From Mytilus edulis (Eukaryota), in NCBI RefSeq assembly GCF_963676685.1, contig NC_092353.1, positions 76,508,001 through 76,572,000 of the forward strand: a stretch of 64,000 nucleotides of DNA, written 5' to 3'. A program made the position numbers and the translations under genes. Under the pieces are notes generated by a model. It did not search any database. It was given only the letters and a program-made list of their open reading frames with translations, and had not been told where the DNA came from. Shown one piece after another: positions 53,107-64,000 of the stretch (positions are counted from its first letter, which is position 1; each line of letters starts with the position of its first letter).

Positions 53107-53675
53107 AGTCATAAGAAACGAGTATCCGGTAAAAAATATTGTTCTTCCAATTAAACCAATGCATACAAACATCATAAACTTAGTCTTCTGTGCTCGAATT
53201 TATCATTTTTTTCGTGTAAATATCGTATAATCGTCAATTTTTTTTTCAATCGGTCAGTGTTGTTGTGAAAATATGGCAGGTAATTAAAGTTCGTATTTTA
53301 AAGCCGAAGTTTAACGATTGTCACCTGTTTGTCAACAATTGACGAAAAATAAACAAAAAAGCATGGAAATTGAGCACGTGTTTAACATGTAAATTCAGAT
53401 AATAGTTTATTTTAAGGACATCCATGCGTATTGTGGTCACCGGATTTTTACGAGATGGGTCACACTGAGGTCATCTTGCATACGGAAAATATATCGGGGG
53501 AATAGCTTGCTGGAAGGAAGCAATTCAAATAAAGTAAACTTCTTCTAAATATGAATAAATTAAAGAATTTTCTTCAGAAAAAAGTATATGTACATAAGTT
53601 TTACAATGAAAACTATCCATTGAGTTATAAAAAACATATGCAATATTTTTTTTGGATTTGAGGTTTCTTATGACT
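53107..53675 (-). mobile_element. Kolobok-like non-autonomous element, second copy
   Basis: TTAA flanks and the same 13-bp TIR as 43482-44033, opposite orientation; absent from the paralogous G2 intron near 12835. Confidence 0.8.
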
Positions 53676-56325
53676 TTAAACATAAGTGAAAGATTCAAAA
53701 CGGTGCAAATAAAAGTAGTTCAGAAGGTAATCTCGAAAATTCATCAACTCACAAAAACAAGTAGTTATCCAAATTAAATGCAGATAGTGTTAAAAGTGAT
53801 ATAAGATTACAACTTCTAAAACAATAACGGTCAAATTTAACAAAATATCAATCGCTTATCGCTTTTATTTGGCTTACGATATTTAATATTTATACTTAAC
53901 ACTATTACGCGTCTGAAAATGTCACATTGCGTCGTGAATAATAAAGGCAACAGTAGACATTAATCGATTAAGAAAAAAACCAAATCCGGGTTACAAACTA
54001 ACACTGAGGAAAACGCATCAAAAGTGTTAACTAAACAAAAATAAACAATTGTTTGAATCTTCAATATCAATTCAAACACAAAATACACAAAATAAAAATA
54101 GATGATCTTAATGAACATACTAGACAAAACACTTCTGATACTTATTTAAAAACTACCATTGATTTTGTTGATGTTTCAAGTTAGGGGTAGGAAGTTACAA
54201 TAGCTGTCATGTGTATGCAGATCAAACATAAGAAGAAAGTATTCAAAACTTGGAAAAAGTGAGAGAAGCTGATTACAGGAACGAGCTCTTTTTTTATATA
54301 ACTACAATCTAATATATATCATAGCTGCTAGGGTATATAAGACAGATATTTTTTAATATTTTTTTTTAGTTGATTTGAAATATTACGAACAATACCAATA
54401 TGATAAATATAAACGATGTCTGCGATCTGACGGCAAGGAACGCACGCTTTCAAGAGAAATCGTTGGGGACTTTTATTTATTTATATAGCAGAAAAATGGA
54501 GTAGATTTAGTTGCCCTTTTGTTTCTTAGTATGGATAGTCAAATTGGTTTTTTTCTCTGAGTCGTTTAAATCACTCGAAACTAGGTGAGACGTGCACAGA
54601 AGTGATAGATATGTACATATGTTTTATTAATATAGAAAAATGAATATTTTAATCAACATAAAACAAAAAAAATATATCTGTATCATATACACAAGTCCAG
54701 TGATACATAGGACTGCACTTTATTATTGAAACGGGTTTTTGCTTTTATGCTTTAAATTGTCCACGGGTGAACATTTTTGATTATTTATTGATATGATAAA
54801 TAAAGAAAGGCTGACACAAGATAGATCACTGTCAGGCCAAAATAAAAATACAGTTTGTTTTCCCTCGCCCGACCGACTAAGAGAAAGTCCTACCGACCCA
54901 AAAGTTTTTATTCCGATTTTTATATTCGCTTTTTCCCGGAGTTTTTCAGGATTGTTTCCGGTACGGACTGTCATTTGTCAGTCACCGGAAGTTTCCTATT
55001 TTTCATCGGATAATATCAAACGTTAAGAAAGGATACGATTAGAGGTGGTCTGCAATAAAGAAAATCGTCTACACGAGGAGAAAAGATACTATGAGCGACG
55101 GAATATTTACGCTGTGTTTATCAGTGGTTGCAAAATGTTACAGTATCAGTGACATTTAACAACCACCTGTACGAGTATGACAATCATGAGACGTGGAACG
55201 ACCATCTTCGCAAGCCAAGGATAACGATCCACCTACCTCCTCTCTATCTCTGGCGGACTGAGATAGAATTTCGGAGACACAAGGTAATGATTTTGATTAT
55301 TTGCAGTGGAAACTCGCTGCATCCAATCAAAAAGCGCCTATAACATGATCACGTGCAAATGTAGAAAGTGTGTGTATATAATTACCACGTTCTTATTATG
55401 CAACAAGTCTTTACATTTCTAAACATACGACTATATTGAGTGACAAATTGAATGTTTTTAATCATCTAATAGAAGTTCCTGTGTATTTTTCTGTATTGCT
55501 TTAATAAGTGTGTAGAATCTAGACGCTACCGTGTTTTTACTTCCAAATTTAAGAGTTCCAGTGCTACCATTGGTCACGAACAATGTACTGAGAATGGGCG
55601 TGACTTTCATCTACCGATAGATGGCGCAACATTGTTATCACAAAGGTTGGCTTAATCTGCCAAGAGTGGAGAGGAGGGAAGTGAATCGTAACCCTTGGTT
55701 TGCGAAGATGTGGAACGACGTGCATAGACACCAAGTTCATGACGTTTTGCCTTTAGACAAAGATAACTTTAACTTTCCACAAAAATACATGTGTGTCTAA
55801 CAAAATAATAGGGACAGCAACATGTAAGCCTAATATGAACGAACACATCAGAATCGTTAGGGTATTTGACAGAATCCTTTACAATAAACAGAGACAAATA
55901 TGTTGGTTTGACCAACACAGAGTAGTCTGATATTAACCCTGACGTCCGACAGCTGTTCGCCAGACAAAGCTTGTCTGGCAAAACAGCTGTCGGATGTCAG
56001 AGAAATGTCATTTAAAAAAATGCCAAATTCAAGGATAAAACAGCAGCAAATTTGAAGTACTAGGTTAATAGAAACAAAATCATTTTTTAAAGAGAGGATT
56101 GGTTCTTTTAGGATAAGGGGAACCTTCTCCCATCTTTTCATTGCTTTTTTTTGTTGTTGCATCCGACAGTCCGCGGTTAAGAAGTTGGTGGGAAAAAGCT
56201 TAAAAATGGGGGGAACCCCTGCTCAATTGTTTTGAGATACAACAAAAAAAATTTGCAAACCCTTTTAATGACTTAGTGCCATCAAGATAAAACCATATAT
56301 CATATTTTTATTTCGAAACTTTGAC

Positions 56326-56397
56326 ACAGGCATGTGAACAAATGGTAAGATGCTGAACTTTTGACTGAATGGTTGTGGGTTCGACTCCTGTCACTGG
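56326..56397 (+). repeat. Degenerate tRNA-like sequence (SINE head or tRNA pseudogene)
   Basis: Perfect B-box GGTTCGACTCC (56378-56388), weak A-box TGAACAAATGG at tRNA-like spacing; stems do not pair well. Confidence 0.4.
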
Positions 56398-56530
56398 TAA
56401 TAAAACTTGGAGCAAGATACTTCCCTCGCTTGTTCGAGTTTTCTCAACTGTTTTAAACTGAGTACATGGTTCGTGGCAGTGGACATGTTGAATTGTGTAT
56501 GCTGTTTGCTTCATAAAGTTCATATAAATT

Positions 56531-57550
56531 AAACAAGAAATACATGTTCACCCTACAATCATTCAATACACTAAATATAGTTGACCAATTGCTTATAGTT
56601 TTTAAGAAACAGACTTAACCAAGAAAACTATAAATTGACCAATGAACCATGAAAATGAGGTCGAGGTCAGATGAACCATGTCCGGCAGACATGTGCAGTA
56701 CACAATCCTTCCATACAACACATATAGTTTAAGAAAAACAGACCAAATCAGAAAACATAACACTGAGCAATGAACCGTGAAAATGAGGTCAAGATCGTAT
56801 AAAACCTGCGAGACTGAAATGGACAATGTAAAATATTTGCATACACCAAATATAGTTATTACATATAGTATAAGAAAAAAAAGACTTAAACTAAAAAAAT
56901 TAACTTTGACAACTGAACCATGAAAATGAGGTCAAGGTCCGATGACACATGCCAGTTGGACATTTACACCTTACAATTATTCCCTACATCAAATGAAGTA
57001 AACCTATTGCATAGAGTAAAAGTAAAACAGACCAAAACACAAAAACTTAATTATAACCACTGAACCATGAAAATGAGGCCAAGGTTAGATGACACCTGCT
57101 AGTTGGACATGCACACCTTACACTCCTTCCATACACCAAATATACTAGATCTATTGCTTATAGTATCTGAGAAATGGACTTGACCACCAAAACTTAACCT
57201 TGTTCACTGATCCATGAAATAAGATCGAGGTAAAGTGAAGACTATCTGACGGGCATGAGGACCTGACGCACATACCAAATATAGTTATTCTGTTACTCAT
57301 ACTATTAAAGAGAGAAATTAACATTACAAAAAATCCTAACTTTTTTTCAAGTAGTCACTGAAACATGAAGTCAAGGACAATGAACATGTGACAGACAGAA
57401 ACTTCGTAACATAAGGCATCTATCATGTGTCTATATACAGAGTATGAAGCATCCAGGTCTTCTACCTTCTAAAATATATAGCTTTTTTAAGTAAGTTAAC
57501 GCCGCCCCGCCGCCGCCGGATCACTATCCATTTGTCCAGTTTTCTGCAGC
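56531..57550 (+). repeat. Pearl/HINE-like element with internal subrepeats
   Basis: Starts AAACAAGAA; repeated AACCATGAAAATGAGGTCAAGG units; (GCC)n near the end; paralogous to 13310-14120. Confidence 0.65.
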
Positions 57551-57932
57551 TGGAGAAAAAAAACTTTTGACCTACACATCTGTGAAATCCAGGGTCGAGA
57601 GAGGGAAAACAAACATATTTTAAATTTGGCCTCAGTTGCAAACTGATTGACGTCTTACGAAAATTTCGACGTGATTTTAAAGTTTGAATTAAAATTGGTC
57701 TAATTGTTTGAAACGGTAAAGTTCAACAAGATAACTGGGTTTTACGCCATATTATTATGATAATGTTGTCAATGTATATATACAGTCGAATTACAGTGTA
57801 GTATAAACGTGAAAAATAGCAAACAAATTTACGTGTCTATATTGGATGAATCAACGCAAAACTACAAATATACATACAATTTCAGAATATAAGTGCTCGA
57901 AAAGGTTCATAACGTACATAAATATATAAATT

Positions 57933-58140
57933 ACCTTTACAATTTGATACACATACAGGAAGTAAAAAGTCCAAAGTCCACTTTTTGAACTATATAAATA
58001 GAAATTGTTTATTGTCGAAACAATCTCATGTCACGTGTGATCTTAATTCGTCTGCAATATTCTTATAATTTCTCTCTTTGATAATGAAGAAAAGGGAGGG
58101 AACGAGTGATTAAGTGTTCCTTGTAGTTCCCAAAATCATT
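57933..58140 (-). promoter_or_regulatory. Putative promoter/first exon/donor of G8
   Basis: Near-identical to the 14508 module: donor AAG|GTAATT, CAGGAAGT, CTATATAAATAG, TCACGTG. Confidence 0.6.
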
Positions 58141-59680
58141 ACAACAATTAAAAAACAGCTATAAATAAAACCGTTTTTTTTTATATATATTATAAAAGTA
58201 CAACCCTTATCCATGTTATATGTATTCCCATTTAAAGTCATACGATGCTTTACAAATTAACAAAAAAGTTTAACTGTAAAAAAATGTACGTGTACGTTAA
58301 CCTTTTTTTTTTTTAACGAAAATGAATTGTTGAAAATCGAAATCTTCAGAAAAGCAATGCTACTGACCATACCTAATCGCTTTTTAGTCCAGCCACAATG
58401 ACAACTTACTGTGTGGGTTGAGTCTCGCAAAACAAAGATCATCAGTACCGAGCATCAGTACCTAGCGTGAACGTGTGGAAGAAAAATTTAGAAAGCAAAC
58501 ATTTTTAAACTTTGAATAATTATGGTCCAGTGTATCAAAACACGAATAAAAGTCACAAAAATGTTTAGCTTAAAGTGTTGACACTGAATATGTAAAAGTT
58601 TCTTTTTGAAACATTCTATTCATGACACATTTTTAAAATATTGCACCGCAACCCCCCAACCCCAGCCGCCCAAATAGCTTCAACTAGATGAACAAGTTTT
58701 GAAATTACAAAACTTATATGGATTTGACTGAATAGCGATGGGTGTGTTGTCTTACAGTACTTTAAATCGCCGTCATAGGACTTAAAGAATAAAATGAGAC
58801 CGTATCAGAGATGTATTTTCTCGTTTTAAACGCTTTAAAAAGGTTTATCAGTCCAAATTTTTCTATTTGGATGCAAACTTCTTGACCGTTATTTTTCCCC
58901 AGTAGTGAAATTATTTTCTAATGAGTAATGCATTTTTTTTCGAGTGGGATGGCAATTAGAATACAATTATGATTTTTTAATTTGTAAGTGTTATAATTAC
59001 ATGTAGCAAAAAAGAGAACATTATATTGTTATTCAAAAGGACAAAAAGGGGAACCTAAAATGAAATATGTTGTGTTTCTATTGGCCCACAGTATCTAAAT
59101 AAAAACGACTTTGCTGCTTACTATAAATTAAAGTTTTTCAATCTTATATAATTGAGACGTATTTTTTTTCAGGAAAAGTGTGTATTTCAGAAATATTGTT
59201 CTTATCAATACTTCTCTGCGCCTCTTTAACCTAATACATTTAATGACAAAATGAACTTCATCTTAACCCTCTGATTTATATGGAACACAAACTATCAACT
59301 CTACCGACCTCTTTTGATGTTACTTTCACGTTTTTTTTTATATAAAAATGTATATGGTGCCGTTTGTGAATCATAACCTGTGAACGAATATTTTTTTCTT
59401 ATAAAAATTGTTTAAATTTGCGATGGTCGGAAGATGGCCTGTCAATGGATTCACGAAAAATGAAAACGTTCTAAATAGTGTATGTACAAAATACGTTTTG
59501 AAAAATCTCATTTTGAACTTTTATGAATACATGAAATTATTATTTTTAATCTTACCTTTGAATTATATCATTTTGAGTGTATCATATTATATCTGGCCTG
59601 GCGTAGAATTCGTGATTATGGATCTAACAATTGAACATTACAAAAACAGTAATGAAGGGTTATTATTATGCAAAGTATCA

Positions 59681-60150
59681 AATAAAGGCAACAGTAGTAT
59701 ACCGCTGTTCAAAACTCATAAATCCATGGACAAAAAACAAAATCGGGGTAACAAACTAAAACTGAGGGAAACGCATTAAATATAAGAGGAGAACAACGAC
59801 ACAACATTAAAATGTAACACACACAGAAACGAACTAAGCATTAGACAAAATCCTATGAGAATAACAAATATAACATCAAAACCATATACATGAATTTGGG
59901 ATAGATAAGTACCGTGACACGTCTTATAGTAATGTGAATTCACACTCAAAAATAAGAGAAAACAAACGACACAACGGAAACACAACGTTAAAATGTAACA
60001 CACACAGAAACGAACTATAATATAACAATTGCCATATTCCTGACTAGGTACAGGACATTCTTAAAGGAAAAATTGATGGGTTGAACCTGGTTTTGTGGCA
60101 TGCCAAACCTCCCTCTTTTATGGCCATGTGAAATATAACATTAAAATGAC
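59681..60150 (+). repeat. Dispersed repeat (AATAAAGGCAACAGTAGTATACCGCTG family)
   Basis: Inverted second copy at ~60325-60687; fragment at ~53940-54020. Confidence 0.7.
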
Positions 60151-60324
60151 AATTTATTCTTGCCCTCATTTAAATCAATAAGATAGCAACAGAACTACGT
60201 AATATACAAAAGATATGTTGAGGGTGGGTCACAAACAGTCGGCAACACTACACAAGTGTGCGTGGCTAAGTTACTTAAAATGCCAAACAGTCTTGCAACC
60301 TTTTGATGACTATTATTCGTTTGT

Positions 60325-60687
60325 CATGTTTGTTTCTCTGTTCCATATTTTCTCCCATTTATCCGTTTATTTATTGTAACCCTGTCGTGTAATGTTTTCA
60401 TTTTAATGTTATAATTACCACTGCCATTAAAGCGGGAATTGGCAGGCCACAAAACCAGGTTCAACCGACCATTTTTTTCATAAAATGCCCTGTACCAAGT
60501 CAGAAAAATAACCATTGTTACATTATAGTTCGTTTCTGTGTGTGTTACGTTTCGATGTTGTGTCTCTATTGTGTCGTAGTTCTCGTATATTTGATACGTT
60601 TCCCTCAGTTTCATTATTAACCCGGATATGTTTTTTCTCTATCGATTGATGAATTTTGAACAGCGGTATACTACTGTTGCCTTTATT
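60325..60687 (-). repeat. Inverted copy of the 59681-60150 repeat
   Basis: Ends CAGCGGTATACTACTGTTGCCTTTATT, the reverse complement of the 59681 head. Confidence 0.7.
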
Positions 60688-61864
60688 CATCAATATTTTA
60701 ACATTATTTAAAAAAAATATCTGCATAGTAAAAGCCTTCTGTAATTCATAAGCCTTGTCAGTAGTTTTTCTATGTTCTCTCACGTAATATTTATAGTTAT
60801 GTGGAGAATTCTATAATGACAAGAACCCGGTTTACAATTACTCTAACCAGCTTTGAACATATATGTAGTTTAAACACACGAGAACTTCTTTAATCCCAAC
60901 AAATAGAAAAGTATTGAATATTCCCTCTATTTACTGTTCACAACCTTAAACATTTCAAACGACCAGTAATGACCGCTTTGACGAATTGTCCGGGGTAATA
61001 TTTCGAGTAAAGCCGTATACTATCAACAAACATTTTTGACTGACATAAAAGAAAAATACCGTGAAAGGCGAGACATAAATATTTGAATCGGTGTTTTTGG
61101 ATTTTGGATATTCCAAAGTTAACTGATATTAATTAATATAAGTACTTACAAGATATGTCAACTCGGTGAAGATTTACTTATCGAGTACTCGTTGGATTTA
61201 CTGAGTGATACTCGAATACTCGCTCGAAAAAAGCAACCTACAAATTGATACACTAACTACATGAACTATACCTATTTAATGTATTGTGGGTTGTTGTATT
61301 ATAGACGTTTAAAAGTCTTCAACAATAGATCATAGTCCCAGGAATTATATACCATGATTTCATAGTTCATTTACTGCATGTACTAATAACGTCATCATAT
61401 TAACTGACAATTATGTAATTAATTAATTAATAACCACCTATAGAAAAATAATTACTCAAACAACAGTATTTGGGAATCATAAAAAAAATTAATGACCAAC
61501 AAAGGGGTGCTGATTAAAACTTACACATGCCTTTAATCAATTCTCCTGGGATATTTAGAAACATTCGATCTCCAAACTTTGATACGTAATCATCCGTCTT
61601 TCTGATGAAAATATAAGATCTGATGCTACCGGAGTGGCGGAATGACTAAGATACGACGATAAGGTAAAAGTCTAAGCATCGGACAGGTACTCTTGTTCAT
61701 AGTGTACTTCTGGTCAAAGGAAATTTTAAAAGGCAAACTTTTGAATTTTTAATTATTTTTTTTATTTTTGATTAATGTTCAATTTCCTTAGAGGCGCTCT
61801 TAATGCAAATATGTTTTCTTTAAGGAAGTAACAGCACCAGGACAGGAAACCGAATAGTTGAGGA

Positions 61865-63565
61865 TTAGGCAATGTCAAATTTGAGGAGGTTTCCAGAGTA
61901 AGATACAACACACAGTTTGTTAATAAGAAAACAAATTCCGTATGATTCACCAATTTTATCCTTTGCAGTGAGTAAAGTTTTGCAACTTTTACCATCTGCT
62001 GATATCAACACAACACATTTGTTTTTATTTGAAATAACGTATACGATGCCGTGCTGATCAACAGCTATTCCAGTAGGACAACTCAGAATTGATTCATCCT
62101 TGTATTCCCAAAGTTTGTCTCCCTTTACACTGTAGCATTTGACTGTAGAACCATTATCAGTATAGTAAAGGTACTCATATGAGGTCGCAATGTAACTAAA
62201 ATCGTTTTTTATGATGCAATCCTCCACTAGTGTACATAATTTATAGTTTGACAGTTGGATCCCTACGATTCCTTTCCCTTTTTCACAGTATAAAATCTGT
62301 CCTTGTCTGTATGTAATACCTCGACTAGCGCCTGTGTTGATTGTTTTGGTAATTTGTTTGGTTTTTGTGTCTATAATTTGTATTTGATAGTCGTTAAAAA
62401 TTGTAACAGCTACCGTTTTGTCATCAATACATGTAACATCAAATGGACAAAAAGGTAAGAGAGGTATTTCAGAATCTAAACTGCCATCACTATGTACGAT
62501 TATTAATCTCTTATTAAAATAAAAGTCCACAAGTATCATCCTTCCATCAGGAAAGACAGATAATCCTGTTATACACATATTGGATTGTCCTGCTGGAACT
62601 TTGATATCTCCAATCAATGAAGCAGTTATATCATCAATCGATTTACTACGGGGTGGAACAGCCGTAAAAATCTGAGCCTGTTTCTCATGACCGACACCAA
62701 TGACGATTGGCGATTTACTTTTTTCAATTTTTATTGATCCAAAAGCAGTAATTTTGGATAATACGTCTGTAATTTTATCGTCTATCTGGCTTTTCAAACC
62801 CAATTGGCTAAATCCATCGTCTTTCGATATGTTTTGTACGTATTTTAACTCCTCAGTAACGTCCTTTTCTAACATTTTACTACCAATAAAAGCCTGCAAA
62901 TCGGATCCATGTTGTTTGACGGACATTAGATTTGTCTTCAAAATCTCAATCTCGTTCTTTTTTTCGGATAGCTTATTACGAAGGGTGTCAATTTTGAGTT
63001 TAAGTTGTGTTTCAGTTGAATTCAAGTTGTCTATCATGTGTTTCTCTAATTCATCTAAGCGGGAGTTTATTCTTTGTCTTGTGTCCTTTATATCATTTAA
63101 GCTTTTTAGATGCTGTTGCTTTATTTCAATAAGATTAGCTTCCCGATCTTTTACTACTCTTTCAATGTTTTCCTTAATGTATTTTAGTGACTTTTCCAAA
63201 CTGTCAAACAAAGTGGAAGTTCTCGAAGACTTAATGACTTCGTCGATAGGGTACATTCCGGTGCATTCTTTGTGGTTTTCAGACACGCAAATTAGACAGC
63301 AAAGTTGATCATGACGTGGGCAAAACATTTGAAACTTTCTATCATGCTCTCTACAATTCTGTTCTATTTTACAAATCTCAGCCGGAAGTTTCTTGTAGTC
63401 GTCCATAGAAATGATCCCATGTTGTCTGGAAGCTTTTGACAAGCTGTGATAGTTTTTGCAAGTCGTGCACAGTCCTTCCTCACATTCAGGACACCAGTAA
63501 TTGGCAACTTTCGATACATGTTGAGCATCACAAATTCCACAAAGTATCACATTTGAGACAGCCAT
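61865..63565 (-). CDS. RING-less TRIM-like B-box/coiled-coil/NHL protein, 566 aa (G9, type C flank, mosaic body)
   Basis: Uninterrupted ORF; TAG acceptor directly before ATG; 5' flank 63566-64000 homologous to the G3 flank 17477-17920. Confidence 0.92.
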   Translation of the reverse strand: MAVSNVILCGICDAQHVSKVANYWCPECEEGLCTTCKNYHSLSKASRQHGIISMDDYKKLPAEICKIEQNCREHDRKFQMFCPRHDQLCCLICVSENHKECTGMYPIDEVIKSSRTSTLFDSLEKSLKYIKENIERVVKDREANLIEIKQQHLKSLNDIKDTRQRINSRLDELEKHMIDNLNSTETQLKLKIDTLRNKLSEKKNEIEILKTNLMSVKQHGSDLQAFIGSKMLEKDVTEELKYVQNISKDDGFSQLGLKSQIDDKITDVLSKITAFGSIKIEKSKSPIVIGVGHEKQAQIFTAVPPRSKSIDDITASLIGDIKVPAGQSNMCITGLSVFPDGRMILVDFYFNKRLIIVHSDGSLDSEIPLLPFCPFDVTCIDDKTVAVTIFNDYQIQIIDTKTKQITKTINTGASRGITYRQGQILYCEKGKGIVGIQLSNYKLCTLVEDCIIKNDFSYIATSYEYLYYTDNGSTVKCYSVKGDKLWEYKDESILSCPTGIAVDQHGIVYVISNKNKCVVLISADGKSCKTLLTAKDKIGESYGICFLINKLCVVSYSGNLLKFDIA

Positions 63566-64000
63566 CTAAAACAGAGGTGAATATTGAATACAGTTTCTGA
63601 AACATGTACTCTGCCGACTGGTGGTAAAATGTAAAATAACAAAAATTCCGAACTCCGATAAAAAATTTGAACAGAAAGTCCGTAAGCAAATGGCAAAATC
63701 AAAAGCTCAAACGAATGGATGACAACTGTCTTATTCCTGATCGCTAGGTACAGGCACTTTCTAATGTAGAAAATGGTGGATTAAACCTGGTTTTATAATT
63801 AGCTAAACCTCTCACTTGAATGTGTATGTTTAAATCATTTCATTTAACATTAGTGAAAGTTTGAAAACTGCTCCCATTAATTTTTTTTTTCTTTTCGATA
63901 CATTCCCGCTACCACTACGGTTCTTGCATCTATATGTGTAAAGTAAATATGTATTCGCATAGCCACATATCTTGGTAAATTAGCTGATATAAGATAAAGT

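Larger units (their letters stand above)
54835..57631. mobile_element. PIF/Harbinger-like non-autonomous DNA transposon with nested repeats
   Basis: TCA|GGCCAAAATAAAAATACAGTTTGTTTTCCCTC ... GAGGGAAAACAAACATATTTTAAATTTGGCC|TCA; 3-bp TCA duplication; empty site in the G6 intron near 40890; only the right end survives in the G2 intron (~14170-14202). Confidence 0.75.

Noticed and set aside
54723-56162. Short ORFs in the GC-richer interior of the TIR element as a possible Harbinger transposase or Myb-like gene
   Set aside because: No DDE or Myb/SANT motifs recognisable; all ORFs are about 100 aa or shorter
56326-56397. Functional tRNA gene
   Set aside because: Only the B-box is intact; acceptor and anticodon stems do not pair; it lies inside a transposon
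62700-63308. Recurrent + strand ORFs antisense to each TRIM-like gene (e.g. 28223-28699, 38947-39360, 45819-46283)
   Set aside because: Shadow frames of the conserved minus-strand CDS; variable lengths and no independent coding signal

Overview
AT-rich eukaryotic genomic DNA. The repeat landscape and gene family strongly resemble a bivalve, probably Mytilus; this is from recognition, not a database search. The window is a tandem, all-minus-strand array of RING-less TRIM-like genes (B-box1, B-box2, coiled coil, NHL-type beta-propeller; about 565 aa; CDS in a single exon). Five copies are intact (11008-12708, 27385-29088, 38121-39812, 51265-52971, 61865-63565), three are frameshifted (6041-7749, 15856-17476, 45473-47178), and two are deletion remnants (26996-27232 3' end; 47341-47405 5' end). 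I call the full-length copies and the 3' remnant G1-G9 from left to right. Every start codon sits directly after a 3' splice acceptor (YAG|ATG), and a conserved TATA/mini-exon/donor module lies kilobases upstream of several copies. The paralogs are patchwork mosaics of each other and vary most at predicted top-face propeller loops, which suggests a diversifying ligand-recognition (immune-like) repertoire. The spacers and introns hold many transposons. These include a 5.7-kb TTAA-flanked piggyBac with an intron-split (now dead) transposase and four RFX X-box motifs at its right end, a Tc1 relic, Kolobok-like and Harbinger-like non-autonomous elements, a Penelope-like RT relic and SINE-like repeats. 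One deletion junction contains templated double hairpins. All alignments were done by eye.
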